Shown: in pieces, positions 29,331 through 42,231 of the stretch
Layout: every line of letters begins with the position of its first letter
Numbering within the stretch: the first letter of the stretch is position 1
From: Eledone cirrhosa
Taxonomy: Eukaryota
Length of the DNA stretch: 64,000 nt
Direction: 5' to 3'
NCBI GenBank assembly: GCA_964016885.1
Contig: OZ024745.1
Coordinates: forward strand, 28,024,001-28,088,000
Made by a program: the position numbers and the translations under genes
Notes under the pieces: generated by a model
Seen by the model: only the letters and a program-made list of their open reading frames with translations
Told to the model about the DNA's origin: nothing
Databases searched by the model: none

Positions 29331-29645
29331 ACCGTTCAAGTTGCCAACGGCTTCATCCTTGTGATAAAGGTAGATGAGCTGAACCCACCGATGTCACATT
29401 TTTCCTATAGATTAGAATTGGCGCTATTACCCAGACTAGTATTATGTAGACTTTGTTACGCGTTAGATCAGTATTTTTTTACACCAATGAATAAAGTTTT
29501 GTTGTGATGTAAATGGGAAATAGACGAATAGTAGTTAGGTTAGATATATCAATCTTTAGAAAAATTATCTTATTGCTAAAGATCAGATACTCTCCTCACT
29601 GAGATCCATATTTAAATAGTCTTAATTAATTAATTAATAATTTAC

Positions 29646-29820
29646 ATAATTGTTTCTACTTTTGGCACAAGGCCAGCAATTATCCTAGTGCATTACTGGC
29701 ACTTTATTTTATCAACCCCATAAGGATGAAAGGCAAAGTTAACCTCGGCGAGATTTGAACTCAGACCGTAAAGGGACGTAACTCTGTGTTACAACACATG
29801 GCGTCCGGCTCTCTACCAGT
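29646..29820 (-). mobile_element. tRNA-derived Nin-domain SINE
   Basis: Reverse complement of the 27458 family. Confidence 0.88.
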
Positions 29821-30579
29821 ACATAATGATTGGTTCTCATCATTGAGAGTATCCTTTTAATTTAATAAAAAATTCTTCTTTTACTACATCAATTATACAA
29901 GCGCCGAATTTAATATCGATTTAAAGTGTGATTAATTGCTTACCATACATCACTAAATGATGGACAGAAACATAAATATGACAACTGCCCACTTCGTCCT
30001 TCCGGTTTGACTAAGTAAGATAATAAATATTACTTTATCACCAATAAAGTTTGATATCCAATTCATTCAATGGGAGTTAAAACACGGTCGTGTTTTGGTT
30101 TCAATAGGAATTACCTGATAATAGATATATATAGTGTCTAAGAAGTGTTACAGGAAATATCGATTTAGTCACATGTCAGATACATTTAACATTTTATGGA
30201 TCTCAAATTACTAGACCAAATTTACCATCACCAAGACAATAATTACATTTAAAGTAACTGTGGATACGAAATTTATTTATATTTCTATTTCACAAATATA
30301 TTGCTTATATTACATATATATGTATACGTATATCTACATACGTTTATATATACATACATATCCGCGATGTAGACGGAAACGAAAATGTAATAATCTAAGA
30401 ATATATACGTGATACCATCTCTCTTCTTTTTTATAATATTGACACTCCGTGACACCTTATAGGTAATACATTAAGGTACCCACGATGTGGAATGCTTATG
30501 TCTGATTACACTCCAATCGGTCGATTGCTTGAACAACCAACACTTTTTACTTGGGATAATTATACATATATGTGTGTGT

Positions 30580-30635
<56 letters not shown>

Positions 30636-30640
<5 letters not shown>

Positions 30641-30915
30641 AAGAGTGAGTATTCCGATGATTTGATCTGAGGCATACACTGAATTTAAGGTCGAGTGACG
30701 CAATTTCGAGTTATCAGTGGCCTTTAGGCTCATCTGATCAATGAAACAATACTATAAATAAAACCCTTTTTGTACAGCCGACCATGTTATTCTTCACTCA
30801 TTCACTACTATTACTCCAAGAATGACCTGCATGGGAATTCTCGCAAACTCGCTACCTAACTAAGGAAACCTCTTGTTGAGTCAAACAACGCCTTACGTTA
30901 AAACTATACATAGTA
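30636..30915 (+). mobile_element. pLTR fragment of the 952/4530 Naiad-like family with a degenerate hammerhead (CCGAUGA...GAAA)
   Basis: aaataaaaccctttttgtac...gaccatgttatt...ggaaacctcttgttgagtcaaacaacgcc matches 4821-4962; it lies between TA arrays. Confidence 0.65.
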
Positions 30916-30959
30916 CAGAGTAACATACATACACACATATATATATATATATATATATA

Positions 30960-31305
30960 TTAGCAGATTTACCCGGCGTTGCCCGGGGTTTGAAATGCAA
31001 CAAAGAATAAACAAGAAACAAACGATAATATTAGTGATTTATCTTCAAATGAATCTGATGTTTATATTTCTGTCAATAAAGTTGGTTATCTCCCTTACAT
31101 CAATTTTGCTACCGATAATTTTGATATCAATTTTTTATTGCTCAACATGGGTCGATTTGAAAATGTTTTGTGATGTGACCTTCTTAGCGACCTGTGCAAC
31201 GTGCACATAAAATTTGGTCAAATTCGGTTGGTAATTGTAAAAGCCTTAGGTATCCAAACTTGTACACAGACACACACACATCCTCGCTTTTATATATATA
31301 GAAGA
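30960..31305 (-). mobile_element. Non-autonomous Helitron-like element
   Basis: Minus strand starts TCTTCTATATATATAAAAG and ends with hairpin ccgggcaacgccggg followed by CTA(A); inserted in AT repeat. Confidence 0.7.
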
Positions 31306-31321
31306 TATATATATGTATATA

Positions 31322-31398
<77 letters not shown>

Positions 31399-32044
31399 TG
31401 GATTCTTTCATCGAGAACGACAATACAAGATTGTTCAGTAACAGAAGATAAAATTGAATTACATTAATAAAATGAATAACAACATGCCTGTATCAAATTT
31501 TGCTTGAGGATCGGCAAATCTGATGAAGCCTAAAACTGCTTCGTCAAGCTCTTTACAAAAATTCTTTAGGTAGAACACGGGTTTTTCAGACACCCGCGTT
31601 TCAACCGGTTGAATGTCAAAATAGGCTTTCTCATATTGGGCATTTTTGCCGATCTAGAGATTCCAAAAAGAAATAGGTCTTTCTCTTGGGATTCCTGGAA
31701 ATCCCAGATTATAAAACATTATGTCAATATTTCAAAATATACTTTATAATTTCTCATAATCTCTAGATTCTTAGATCCCGAGATAAAAACCATAACTCAA
31801 GATCAACGTTCAAGGTGAACGATCACCACGAAATCACAATAGTATCTTGATGTGGGCTTAGTTTTCCTAAATGAAATTGAAGCTGAAGGATCACTTTGCG
31901 ACGGTAGATGAAACTCAAAGGGAATCGTAGGCTGTATTTGACCATCTTCAGGATGAGAACTTCCCCGGAATTATATCGTAGCGGATGGCACACGAATATA
32001 AATGACAAAAGAAATACATTATTTACTGCAATACTGCTTTACTG

Positions 32045-32195
32045 AGGCAGCGAATTGGCAGAGTCATTACAACATCGGACAGAATGCTTTGTAATATTCG
32101 TTCCAGCTCTCTGGGTTCAAATATCGCCAAGATCAGCTTTGCCTTTCATCTATTCTAGGTCGAAAAAAAATTATGAGTCCAATACTAGGGTCGAT
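32045..32195 (+). mobile_element. Old Nin-domain SINE
   Basis: gggttcaaat...ctttgcctttcatc. Confidence 0.55.
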
Positions 32196-32852
32196 TCTTC
32201 CTCTATATTTTTCTCTCTATCTCGTTTGTGGAAGAAACCAGCTGTGTTCAGACCAGGAAAGATATAGACCCTGCCAGACTTAAAATATCCAATAAATGCC
32301 GTATGTCACCACGGCGCTAACAACTGCATCAGAAGTTACGGATACCACATATACATACTGATCTACTGATCCGGAAAGTTTATCATACCACGTTGTAGAA
32401 ACAGGAGTCAAAACGATAATTGTTGAAGTTTAATTATCTAAGAGATAATTAATAAGGAATTAAAGCAATATTACAAATAATTTTAGCCACATTAATCCCT
32501 AATAATTTCTTTGATATTCAATACCTATTCTCTGAAGAGGAAAGTAGATGACTGAAATGTGTGTTATGCATGCGTCTGTGTGTAACTGTGTGTATATATG
32601 TGTGTGTGTGTGTGTATTTGTGTGTGTGTTTATTTGTGTTTGAATGCATGCATGTGCAATTTTTGTGTGCCTGTGTGCTTGGGTATTTGTGTATGTCTGT
32701 GTATTTGTGTGTGTTTGTATCTGTGTTTGTATCTGTGTGTGGGCGTGGTTTTGTGTCTGTATGTGTGCGTCTGTGTATGTGTGTGCATATGTGTGATCGC
32801 AGTTGTATATAAGCGTGGCTCTCTATTTTCCTCTTTTGTGTGTGTCTGTGTA

Positions 32853-32967
<115 letters not shown>

Positions 32968-33014
32968 GCGTGTCTTTGTGTGTTTATGTGTGTGTGTGAT
33001 TGCAACAAATATCG

Positions 33015-33118
33015 CGAAGCTTCGTGGAGCTTCGTAAATCTTTGTTAAGGTTTGTGAAGCTTCGTGAAGCTTTGTTAAGGTTCGTGAAACTTCGTTAAGC
33101 TTCGTGAAGCTTCGTGAA
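33015..33118. repeat. Tandem of 10-bp palindromic units (gaagcttcgt)n
   Basis: Direct reading. Confidence 0.8.
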
Positions 33119-33409
33119 TTGGCTCCTAAAATAACTAAATGACTGAAATGGATTAAAAAAAAAGATGAAAAACCGACAAATATAGAAATGTGATCGGAAT
33201 TGTTTATTCAGCATTTAAAACTACACATACCATGACGTAGTTTACGCTTCCTGGGAGTTGAGGAAGCTACATTTACTATCAATTTACATGTCACCAAATA
33301 TATACCTAAGGTCAATGAATTTATGTAACGTTTTCTACCAATTTCCCTGGTGACAAATTAGCAAATTGACATTGTAAAAGCAAGAGATTGTACTTCCTAC
33401 AAATGTTTA

Positions 33410-33726
33410 ATGTTAAGGTTAGGAATATGGTTAGAGTTAGGGTTAGAGTTATGGTTAGGGTTAGGGTTAGGGTTAGGATTAATGTTAGGGTCAAAGTTAG
33501 GGTTAGAGTTATGGTTAAGGTTAGCGTGGGGATTAGGGTTAGGGTTAGCGTTAGGGTTAAAGTGAGTGTTAGGGTTAGTTTTAGATTTAGTGTTTGGGTT
33601 AGGGTTAAGGTTAGGGTTAGGTTAAGGTTAGAGTTAAGGTTAGGGTTAGGATTAGGGTTAGGGATGGAATTAGAATTAGCATTAGGGTTAGGTTTAGCGT
33701 TATGGTTGGAAGTAATGTTAGGGTTA
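33410..33726 (+). repeat. Degenerate interstitial (TTAGGG)n-like array
   Basis: Hexamer periodicity gggtta/aggtta/gagtta over about 315 bp. Confidence 0.8.
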
Positions 33727-33779
33727 CTTCTCAAAGTATCAGTTAGCATCATGTTGTATAAATTTTCTATGTCGATGAA

Positions 33780-34695
33780 TTTTGTGAACGTTATATATTG
33801 TGATTTATCAAAGGAGGGACTTCCAGTATTTCTTGTCCTAATGTCTCTAAACGAATGCCCGAGTATTTTTGTTCGGATAAATGATGCTAAATCGAAACCA
33901 ATCAATATGGGAGTCGGACTTCGACTAGGGTGCGTTCTGTCACCCCTCCTGTTTATTATTTTTATGAACAAGGCGGTGGATTATCAGAATCGGTAGAGGG
34001 CCGGATGCCATGCTTTTCAGCATAGAGTTACGCCCCTTTACGATCTGAGTTCAAATCCCACCGAGGTTAACTTTGCCTTTCATCGATAAAATAAAGCACC
34101 AGTAATGCACTGGGATAATTGCTGGCCTTGTACCAAAAATAGAAACAATTATTTTTATGAACAGGATTGACATACGCAACCGGGCTGGAAGTGGTATCAC
34201 GACTTGCAGGTGTAAAATCAGTCGGCTGGAATTTGCAGACTACATGGTAATCTCCGACTTGCACTTGATAGGTTTTATGTCGAGTGCTGCATGGCTGGAA
34301 TTAAAATCAGTGCTGCGAAAACTGAAACACTCATCTTCTCAAGGAAGCATGCATAGTGCACTCTACATGTGAATGGAGTTCCATTGATGCAGGTGGAGAA
34401 GTTCAAGTATATCGAGGCCCTGTTTACGAGGGGTGGGTGCGGAAGGCTGAATTATGTGCAAGAATTCCTAGAGCTAGTACAGTAATGCGCCAGCTTCCGC
34501 ATTCGGTAAACAGAAGGGAGGTAAGCGAAAAGCCCAAACTCGCTGTCTTCAATTTGGTATACGTGCCAACCCTTACCTATGGTCACGAATTATGGGTAAT
34601 GGCCGAAAGAATACAATCGCGAATACAAGGGTCGTCGGTATAATATTACGCGATAGAGAGCGTAGCTCGGAGATCAATGAGTCACTCCAGGTAGA
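33780..34695 (+). mobile_element. Decayed RTE LINE fragment interrupted by a SINE
   Basis: GLRLGCVLSPLLFIIFM, LEFADY, VEKFKY, VPTLTYGHELWVMAERI. Confidence 0.8.
33971..34148 (+). mobile_element. Nin-domain SINE with a target-site duplication
   Basis: ttatttttatgaaca is present on both sides of the SINE. Confidence 0.88.
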
Positions 34696-34751
34696 CTTTT
34701 ATGGAAATTATTCAATGTGCCTACACACAGTCACACATATTTATATAAATA

Positions 34752-34842
<91 letters not shown>

Positions 34843-35251
34843 CGAAGGAAGTGTGGTAGGGAACAAGGTGGACCATAACGCACCAGATTATTCGATTATA
34901 TATTATTCGAATATTACATTAGAAAAGAATTTTAACAACTAAATAATCGTAATTATACGTACCATTAGTAGATATATACTTAAAATTTATTCCGCCATAT
35001 TAACGTTACATGAGTTCTATTCATCCTCTTGTTAATTTCTTCTCTCTATCTATCTCATAATATTAATATTTTTTCTCTCTCTCTTTCTCCAGTGTCATTT
35101 AAATAAACGGTTGTTTTTCAATTATTTACATATTCATTTGCATATTCACACATAAGTTTGAATAATCCCTAATATATTTCCACTATCCAGTGAATCTCCG
35201 ACCGATAAGGTATGATTTTCATGGGTACGTCTCTATTTATAAAACAAACTT

Positions 35252-35320
35252 TGTATTTTATCTGATGAAAGCGTACCAATGTTGTCTTGGTTGCCCTTGA
35301 AATATATATAATAAAATAAA
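35252..35320 (+). ncRNA. Type I hammerhead in a Naiad-like pLTR fragment (~35030-35362)
   Basis: tattttat-CUGAUGA-...-GAAA-tatata(palindrome)-UA-ataaaata; the fragment ends in (TA)n. Confidence 0.72.
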
Positions 35321-35357
35321 TATGGTTTTATAAATATAGTTTCCATTTATTCAATAT

Positions 35358-35438
<81 letters not shown>

Positions 35439-35654
35439 GCCAATCATTGTAAGTTTGAAGCTACCTGACATGCAAAAACATATATATATAGGAATAAGGT
35501 AAGCCCAAATCATAGTAGATTCAAATATCACCGAGAGAAAGAGAGAGCGACGGGGGAATGAGGTGCAACAGAAATGAAACAGATTACAGGTTAAAATGTA
35601 ATCTAGATAGATGAGAAACAAAACGAGGATGTAGTTTATGGAACACCCAAATTA

Positions 35655-36085
35655 TTTAGAGGTCGACCTTAAGTAGAAGCGATAACATTAAGAAAGACAT
35701 GAACGACACCACAACACTTTGAAAATTTTGAAAGTAGGTTTATAAGTATGAATTTTCATAAGATTTTCGTAGTTGTCTCTGTGGCCTAGCGGTAGGTACG
35801 AGAGACGGTGGAGATTCTGACCTTGGGTTCAATCCTGGTCAAGAGGTACAAGTAACCTTTTTCAATTTTTATTTTACAACCAATAAGAAAAAACTGAAAA
35901 GGTTTACTGGGAACCCTACTGCTGATCAGATTCACCGCCGTCTATGATTCCTCCAACTAGGCCACCAACACAGCTACAAAAGTATAATGAAAATTGATAA
36001 TTATAAACCTACTTTCAAAATCAAAATTAAAAAGATGTCGTTCATGGCTTTCCTAGAACTATGAGTAATATTTAGGGTCGACTTC
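35655..36085. mobile_element. Old palindromic (MITE/fold-back) element containing tRNA-like A/B boxes
   Basis: Nested inverted blocks (tttgaaagtaggtttataa/ttataaacctactttcaaa; catgaacgaca/tgtcgttcatg); tggcctagcgg and gggttcaatcc at 35780-35835. Confidence 0.45.
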
Positions 36086-36582
36086 TGGTCATTATTGAAA
36101 GTCTCTGGATTTCGCAAAATACATAATATTTTTTTATTGGAGAAGGTAACATATTTTTCCGAAAAAATTTGATTTCACTCTTTTATTTCCACTTATGTAT
36201 TTTTCTAAAATGTTATTTATTCATTATAAAAATTAATTGATAGCATTCTATATCTAGGTGAGCCCCCTTAATCTCCTGCCAATCAATATTTTTAGACCCA
36301 GTCCGCCACTGTATACACATATATATATCTTTGGTAAGATGACATAAGCTCAATGCACTTTAAAGTCCTCAGACTCTCTAGAGTACAAACTAGACGATTA
36401 ACATATCGACAGTTAAAGTATCCTGTTAAGGGCGGTTCGGGTAGCAGAGCATTTAACATTCAAAATTATAAGAAAGTCAAGGATATGAAATTATCATTTA
36501 TTCATACATTTCTACACATGTTTCAACATGGCTAGAATGAATAAATGATAATTTTATATCCCTGACTTTCTTATAATTTTGA

Positions 36583-36631
<49 letters not shown>

Positions 36632-36634
36632 CAG

Positions 36635-36701
<67 letters not shown>

Positions 36702-36733
36702 GCGTGCGTGTGCGTGCGTGTGTGTGTGCGTGT

Positions 36734-36816
<83 letters not shown>

Positions 36817-37230
36817 CCTAGTAACTGGACGTTACAATCATTAAATATATATATATATATATTTCCTTGGCAACATGACCCTCCCAAAGCATAACAATAT
36901 ATATATATATATATTAGAAAGTGAGGTTTGTGGTTTTTCTCGCATCAGATGCGAGAAAAACCACAAACCCTCCATCTCAATTCTACTTTTGAAAAGCACA
37001 AGAACTGCGAAACCGGTAAAGGAACCAAATAAATTTTTTTTTTCTAAACTCTCCAGTTGCATTTTCGATTTCATCTTTTTTCCTTATATAAATATAAGCA
37101 AAGTGATATTTAATTTGTTGGTAATTCAACAAATCTATATATTTATAACTGATTCGAAGCACTCGACAAATTTTCTCGAGTATAATATCAATGATATTAA
37201 TAAATGGAATTATATTTATAAAAACATATT

Positions 37231-37292
37231 TATTCTATTATATATATTTCAAGGGTATCAAAACTTTGGTACGCTCTCATCAGATAAAATAC
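37231..37292 (-). ncRNA. Type I hammerhead (same family as 35252)
   Basis: Minus strand reads gtattttat-CUGAUGA-gagcgtacc...-GAAA-tatata-UA-atagaata. Confidence 0.68.
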
Positions 37293-37640
37293 ACAGTTTG
37301 TTTTATAAATATTGACATATCCAGGAAGGAGATCTTAACAGTTCAAGTTTTTCCTAGATAGTAAAAGGAAAAAGGGGAAAGAGAGGAAAAATCAAATATT
37401 TCAAATTATTAAGATGAATATGCATAAATTATTAAGATGAATATGCAAATGAGTTTGAGGTATAGGTTGAAAAAACGTTATTTTTAGACGCTAGGTAGAT
37501 TTAAATAATTATTAGGATATATATGTGTGTGTAGGAAGAAGAAAGAGAAAGAAAGAAAAGCTTGTATTTACATGAATTTAAAAAGATTGAAATGATTTTA
37601 TATCCTTCCAGGATATGTCAATATTTATAAAACAAACTTT

Positions 37641-37702
37641 GTATTTTATCTGATGAGGGCGTACCAAAGTTTTAGTCCCCTTGAAATATATATAATAAAA
37701 TA
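37641..37702 (+). ncRNA. Type I hammerhead in an inverted pLTR (37604-37748 mirrors 37185-37330)
   Basis: CUGAUGA 37650-56, GAAA 37683-86, tatata-UA-ataaaata. Confidence 0.7.
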
Positions 37703-37789
37703 AATATGGTTTTATAAATATAGTTTCAATTTATTAATATTATTGTATATATATATATTTAACGATTGTAACGTCCAGTTACTAGGTTC

Positions 37790-37847
<58 letters not shown>

Positions 37848-39994
37848 ATGGTTATATCCATAACCACGGTGCATATTTTCTGTAATAATAGATGTTTATA
37901 ATATTTTTATTAAACATTAGGATATGACTATCTATACATATTTATTCATAACCCTCACTCTTATGCTCTAGTTGCCTGATAGTTATTAACGCCGACCCTT
38001 CAACCATTCTAAATCTTGTTTACATTTAAAAATTTATTTTTTGCACTAGTTTTTTTCTCGCAGCATGGAAAACAGAAGTAAGATATCTCTGAAGAGTCAT
38101 AAGAATGACGAATCTAGTCAGTTCTGCATTAATTCCATGATGCTGCATGACATAGGTTCTAATTTAGAATCATAAAGGATCATTCCAATGACTATTGGTT
38201 AACTATTGACTGTTGTTTGTTACTAATTAAAGGAATTTGTATGAGACGAACAGTCTGGGATTCTGTTTGAGTACGACAGCATTCTTAATTCATGAACCAT
38301 TAAGAAGCCTAAGTATAATCATGAGACAATACTGTAAGCAATTCTTTAGCTATTATTTCGGTAATTTTATATAAAGTGCTTATGTTTTCTTAATTTGGAG
38401 TGCTGGAACTGATGATATATCGTGAGTAACGGTTTTGTAATGGATATTCTGTCATTTAAATATATATTCTTTAGCTTTTTTTCTCGCGTCTCTCCGTCGT
38501 ATCAGACGATCACCATTTCCTACTTCAATAGTGTAAAAACAGGACATTTTCTAATGTACAGCTTCGAATACAAGGGCCTTATGTAATTATTTGTATGAAG
38601 GAGCAAGGTTTAATTTTCTGTGCATGGTTCTCTTCTCACTTTTCATGGTATTGGTGAGTACGTTTCTTCTCTATAGTTTCAGGGTCTCTCTAACTGTGTG
38701 ACAAACAAAAGGGAGTGGATGGTATCGATGTCAGTCTTCTACTTTTGAGGTGTTTATGTAGCTCCTCTTCACGCGGTGTTCGGTTGGCTTTTGAACCAAT
38801 TCTTTGGTCCTCCAGTTAGGCGTTGAGCTTTGTCTACCAAACAGTAGAAGTTAGAATCAAATATGTGCACAATATACTCGAGTGGTTTCAGTTAATTCAT
38901 GTATAGTGTAGATTCAATGCTGCTGAAGTTAGTTTTACGAAGGATATATGTGTGTATACTTCTATCTTGCAGCTGATTGAATGGATTATCTAAACACACT
39001 TAAATACTACTAGGATATGTTAATACATTCAAATTTAAACAGACAGACACACGCGCGCATACACACACAATTAATTAATCATTTAAACGAAGAAAAATAT
39101 ATATAAGCTATTTTATCGCATCTCCACACATGAGGACATCCTTCCTTATATTAGCTTTATTCCCTCAGCACTTCGTAAAAGTCTGAGAGATCGGCTATGT
39201 ATATATGATATCTGCTGACATTTGAAAGCAGTGATTCAGCTATCTCATTTAATGATTTAAAGCGCCAAGCCGGTATCTAGGAGATGGGGGCATCTTTTTT
39301 CCGTCGTTAATGCTTTTCACCCTATATTATAGCATCCCTGCGCATGAGCACATTATTCTTCATATTATATAAATGTTTCATTGCATACGGTTTGTTACAT
39401 ATGTTTCACAAATGATTGGCTCGAGGTCTTTATCGATGTAATAGACTTGACACCAGTATCTATCTCCTCTCTGGTATAACATCAAGTACTCATATTGACA
39501 CTACTTCCAGTAAACAACAAAATTAATGATTAACCTGCATATACGTATATATATATATATGTGTGTGTGTGTGGAGTGAAGTAGTTCAAGAATAAATTTA
39601 AAGTTGGTGATTGTTGATATATTATTCTGGAGTTGAAGTTGAAGTTCGGCAATTGAAGTGATTTGAGACCGTGTGTTTAAACTGCAGTAATTACATTGTG
39701 GAAGATTCATTTTAACCCTTCACTGATATTAATTCTTTTCCAGATAAAATATTATCTTCGTTGTCCTTATTTAAATTTTAAATCACAATAATTACCATAG
39801 AGACAAATTATTATTGCTGAAAAAATATTGAATTAGAACAAGAAAAGCAGGATGCTTTATTTAATGCCCCACAATTATCCTAATCAGGATAAAATGGAGT
39901 TTACGAATGAAGTCATTATTTCCATAAAAATATAAATAATTTATCAAAAGAATTAATTGCAATTGAATGCTGTTCCATATCAATTTACGTTTTA

Positions 39995-40420
39995 GAGTGG
40001 TAGATTAAAGAATCGGTACAAAGTCAGATAAAATACCATTGAAAAATTAGTTCTAGGTCTTTATATTCTGAGATCAAATCCCAACGAGATCAACTTTACC
40101 TTTCTTCCTTCCGGGGGTCGATAAAATAAAGTACCAGTCAAGTACTGGGTTTGAGTTAATCAACTTTGCTCTCCCCAGAAATGTGCTGGTCTTGTGCCTA
40201 AATCAGAAATATAAATATTAATATTAATATTGGCAGTATCGGTGAAGCGTCGGACAACATACACTATGGCATGGAGTTACGGCCCTTTACGATCTAAGTT
40301 CAAATCCTGTAGAGGTTAGCTTTATTTTTCATCCTTACTGAGTCGATAAAATAAAGTACTGGTAATGCACTGGGTCGATTTAATCGATTTTCTCCTGCCC
40401 CGAAATTGTTCGCCATGTGC
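39995..40420 (+). mobile_element. Two tandem Nin-domain SINEs
   Basis: Two gtcgataaaataaagtac cores, at about 40118 and 40343. Confidence 0.8.
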
Positions 40421-40749
40421 CAATATTTCTTTATATAAACGTGTCATTTTGTATGATGTTCCCTGCATTCCATGTATCTATGTATATTCTGACGTACACT
40501 AGATTTGTAGTCTACCTATCTATAAGAAAAATAACAAACCGAATAACTCGACAAGATTATATCTTAACAACTATGTTGATAAAGGCAATAAAAATATCTG
40601 ATGAAGAAAAATGAATCATTTGTGATTTATTTCTGAAATTATTAAATGAACAATTTTATTGTACTTTGATTAAGCGAGCAATTTTCTTCAAGCAGTAATC
40701 AGAAACATCAAATCAATAAATGTGAATATGTGAATATATATATATGTGT

Positions 40750-40876
<127 letters not shown>

Positions 40877-41352
40877 GTATGTATGTATGCAATCTAAACT
40901 TCAAATGAAATGCAGGGATAAATTAGCTAAAATTTGCTCAAATTTGTACGTCTGCAAATCAGTAAATACCCAGCCATCACACACACTACATCGGTTTTTT
41001 AAGATTTTAAATATTTATCATAAAAAAACCCAATACCATTCCAACCATTACCTCGAAATTGATTTGGTTATTTTCATTGACTTATATGCATTGCATCAAT
41101 TATTTCTAACAACCTTTTGATAATTTCCCTCAGCTTCCACAGATTGAATGCTCTTAACATTTTAGCAAAGTTATTTACGTATCAGGTATCTGTGGGGGAA
41201 AATAATTTAACATCTCTTTTAACTCCAAAAATAATATACTAGCAATGAATTGTCCAGATTGCGTCCAGGTTTAGGTTCGTTGATCTTTTTGAACGAGAGC
41301 AAATAATTATTGAACAATATAAATACAATTTACATAATTAGGAAATAAGATA

Positions 41353-41512
41353 AGGGCGGTTGCTTGTTAAAATTGTTAGAGCGTCAGACAAATGATTTTT
41401 GATATTTGTTCTGGTTCTTGACGTTCTGTGTTCGAATCCCACTGAAGTCAAATTTGCCTCTCATCGTGCCCCTCAAAATTGCTGTCCTTATGCCTAAATT
41501 AGAAATAATTAT
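41353..41512 (+). mobile_element. Degenerate SINE of the same family
   Basis: gttcgaatccc B-box and tail ccttatgcctaaattagaaa. Confidence 0.55.
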
Positions 41513-41596
41513 TAAAAGATAACAATAAAACCATTGGGAGTGTGCATCTGCCATTAAACTGGCCTATGGATGGTCGGATGGTCATATTCCTGAATA

Positions 41597-41630
<34 letters not shown>

Positions 41631-41956
41631 TATTCAGGAATATGACCTTCGTTAATTTTCAAATTCTTTTAATTTATACATTATCTTCCAACGGTTTTCA
41701 ACCTCTTTCTCTATCAACTATCTCTTTCTCTCTATCAACTTTCTCTATCAACTATCTCTTTCTCTCTATCACCCATCTCTCCCTCTCCACCTTCACTCTC
41801 ATCTCCTCCCCTTTTTCATCCTTTCCACCCCACCCCACCCCTCTCTAAATAAAATATGTTTCCCAATATCACACATCAATCTAAAACCACTTTTCATATG
41901 TTGATTTAAAACTGCACTATCCACAAGTGTTTTTTAGCCTTCATATCATGTTCTCC

Positions 41957-42027
41957 TGTTTTATCTGATGAAAACACAAATATTATTGCATGATGATGTT
42001 TGTTTTTGAAATGCGCATAATAAAATA
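41957..42027 (+). ncRNA. Type I hammerhead ribozyme, 5' pLTR
   Basis: tgttttat-CUGAUGA-aaacacaaa...tttgttttt-GAAA-tgcgca(palindrome)-UA-ataaaata. Confidence 0.82.
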
Positions 42028-42231
42028 CATGGAACTCCTTTAACCATCTTTTGATCTTATATTATGTATACTCCAGTCCTACGAACTGTAGAGTGCTTCT
42101 TATCCGATATCTGCATTGCTTTATTGTACTACAATAAAACTCACCTCCTACATTAACTTGCTCCTTAACGGTTGAGCGCTTACTCTCATATTGGATACCT
42201 TTTGATGGTCTTTTACCTCTTCTTCTACAAC

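Noticed and set aside
35774-35850. tRNA gene
   Set aside because: Only A/B-box-like motifs; no convincing cloverleaf or acceptor stem.
38083-38125. Functional hammerhead (CUGAAGA-gtca..tgac-GAAU-ctag-UC)
   Set aside because: A15.1 is mutated and stem I is poor; counted only as a decayed relic, like 21205-21240.
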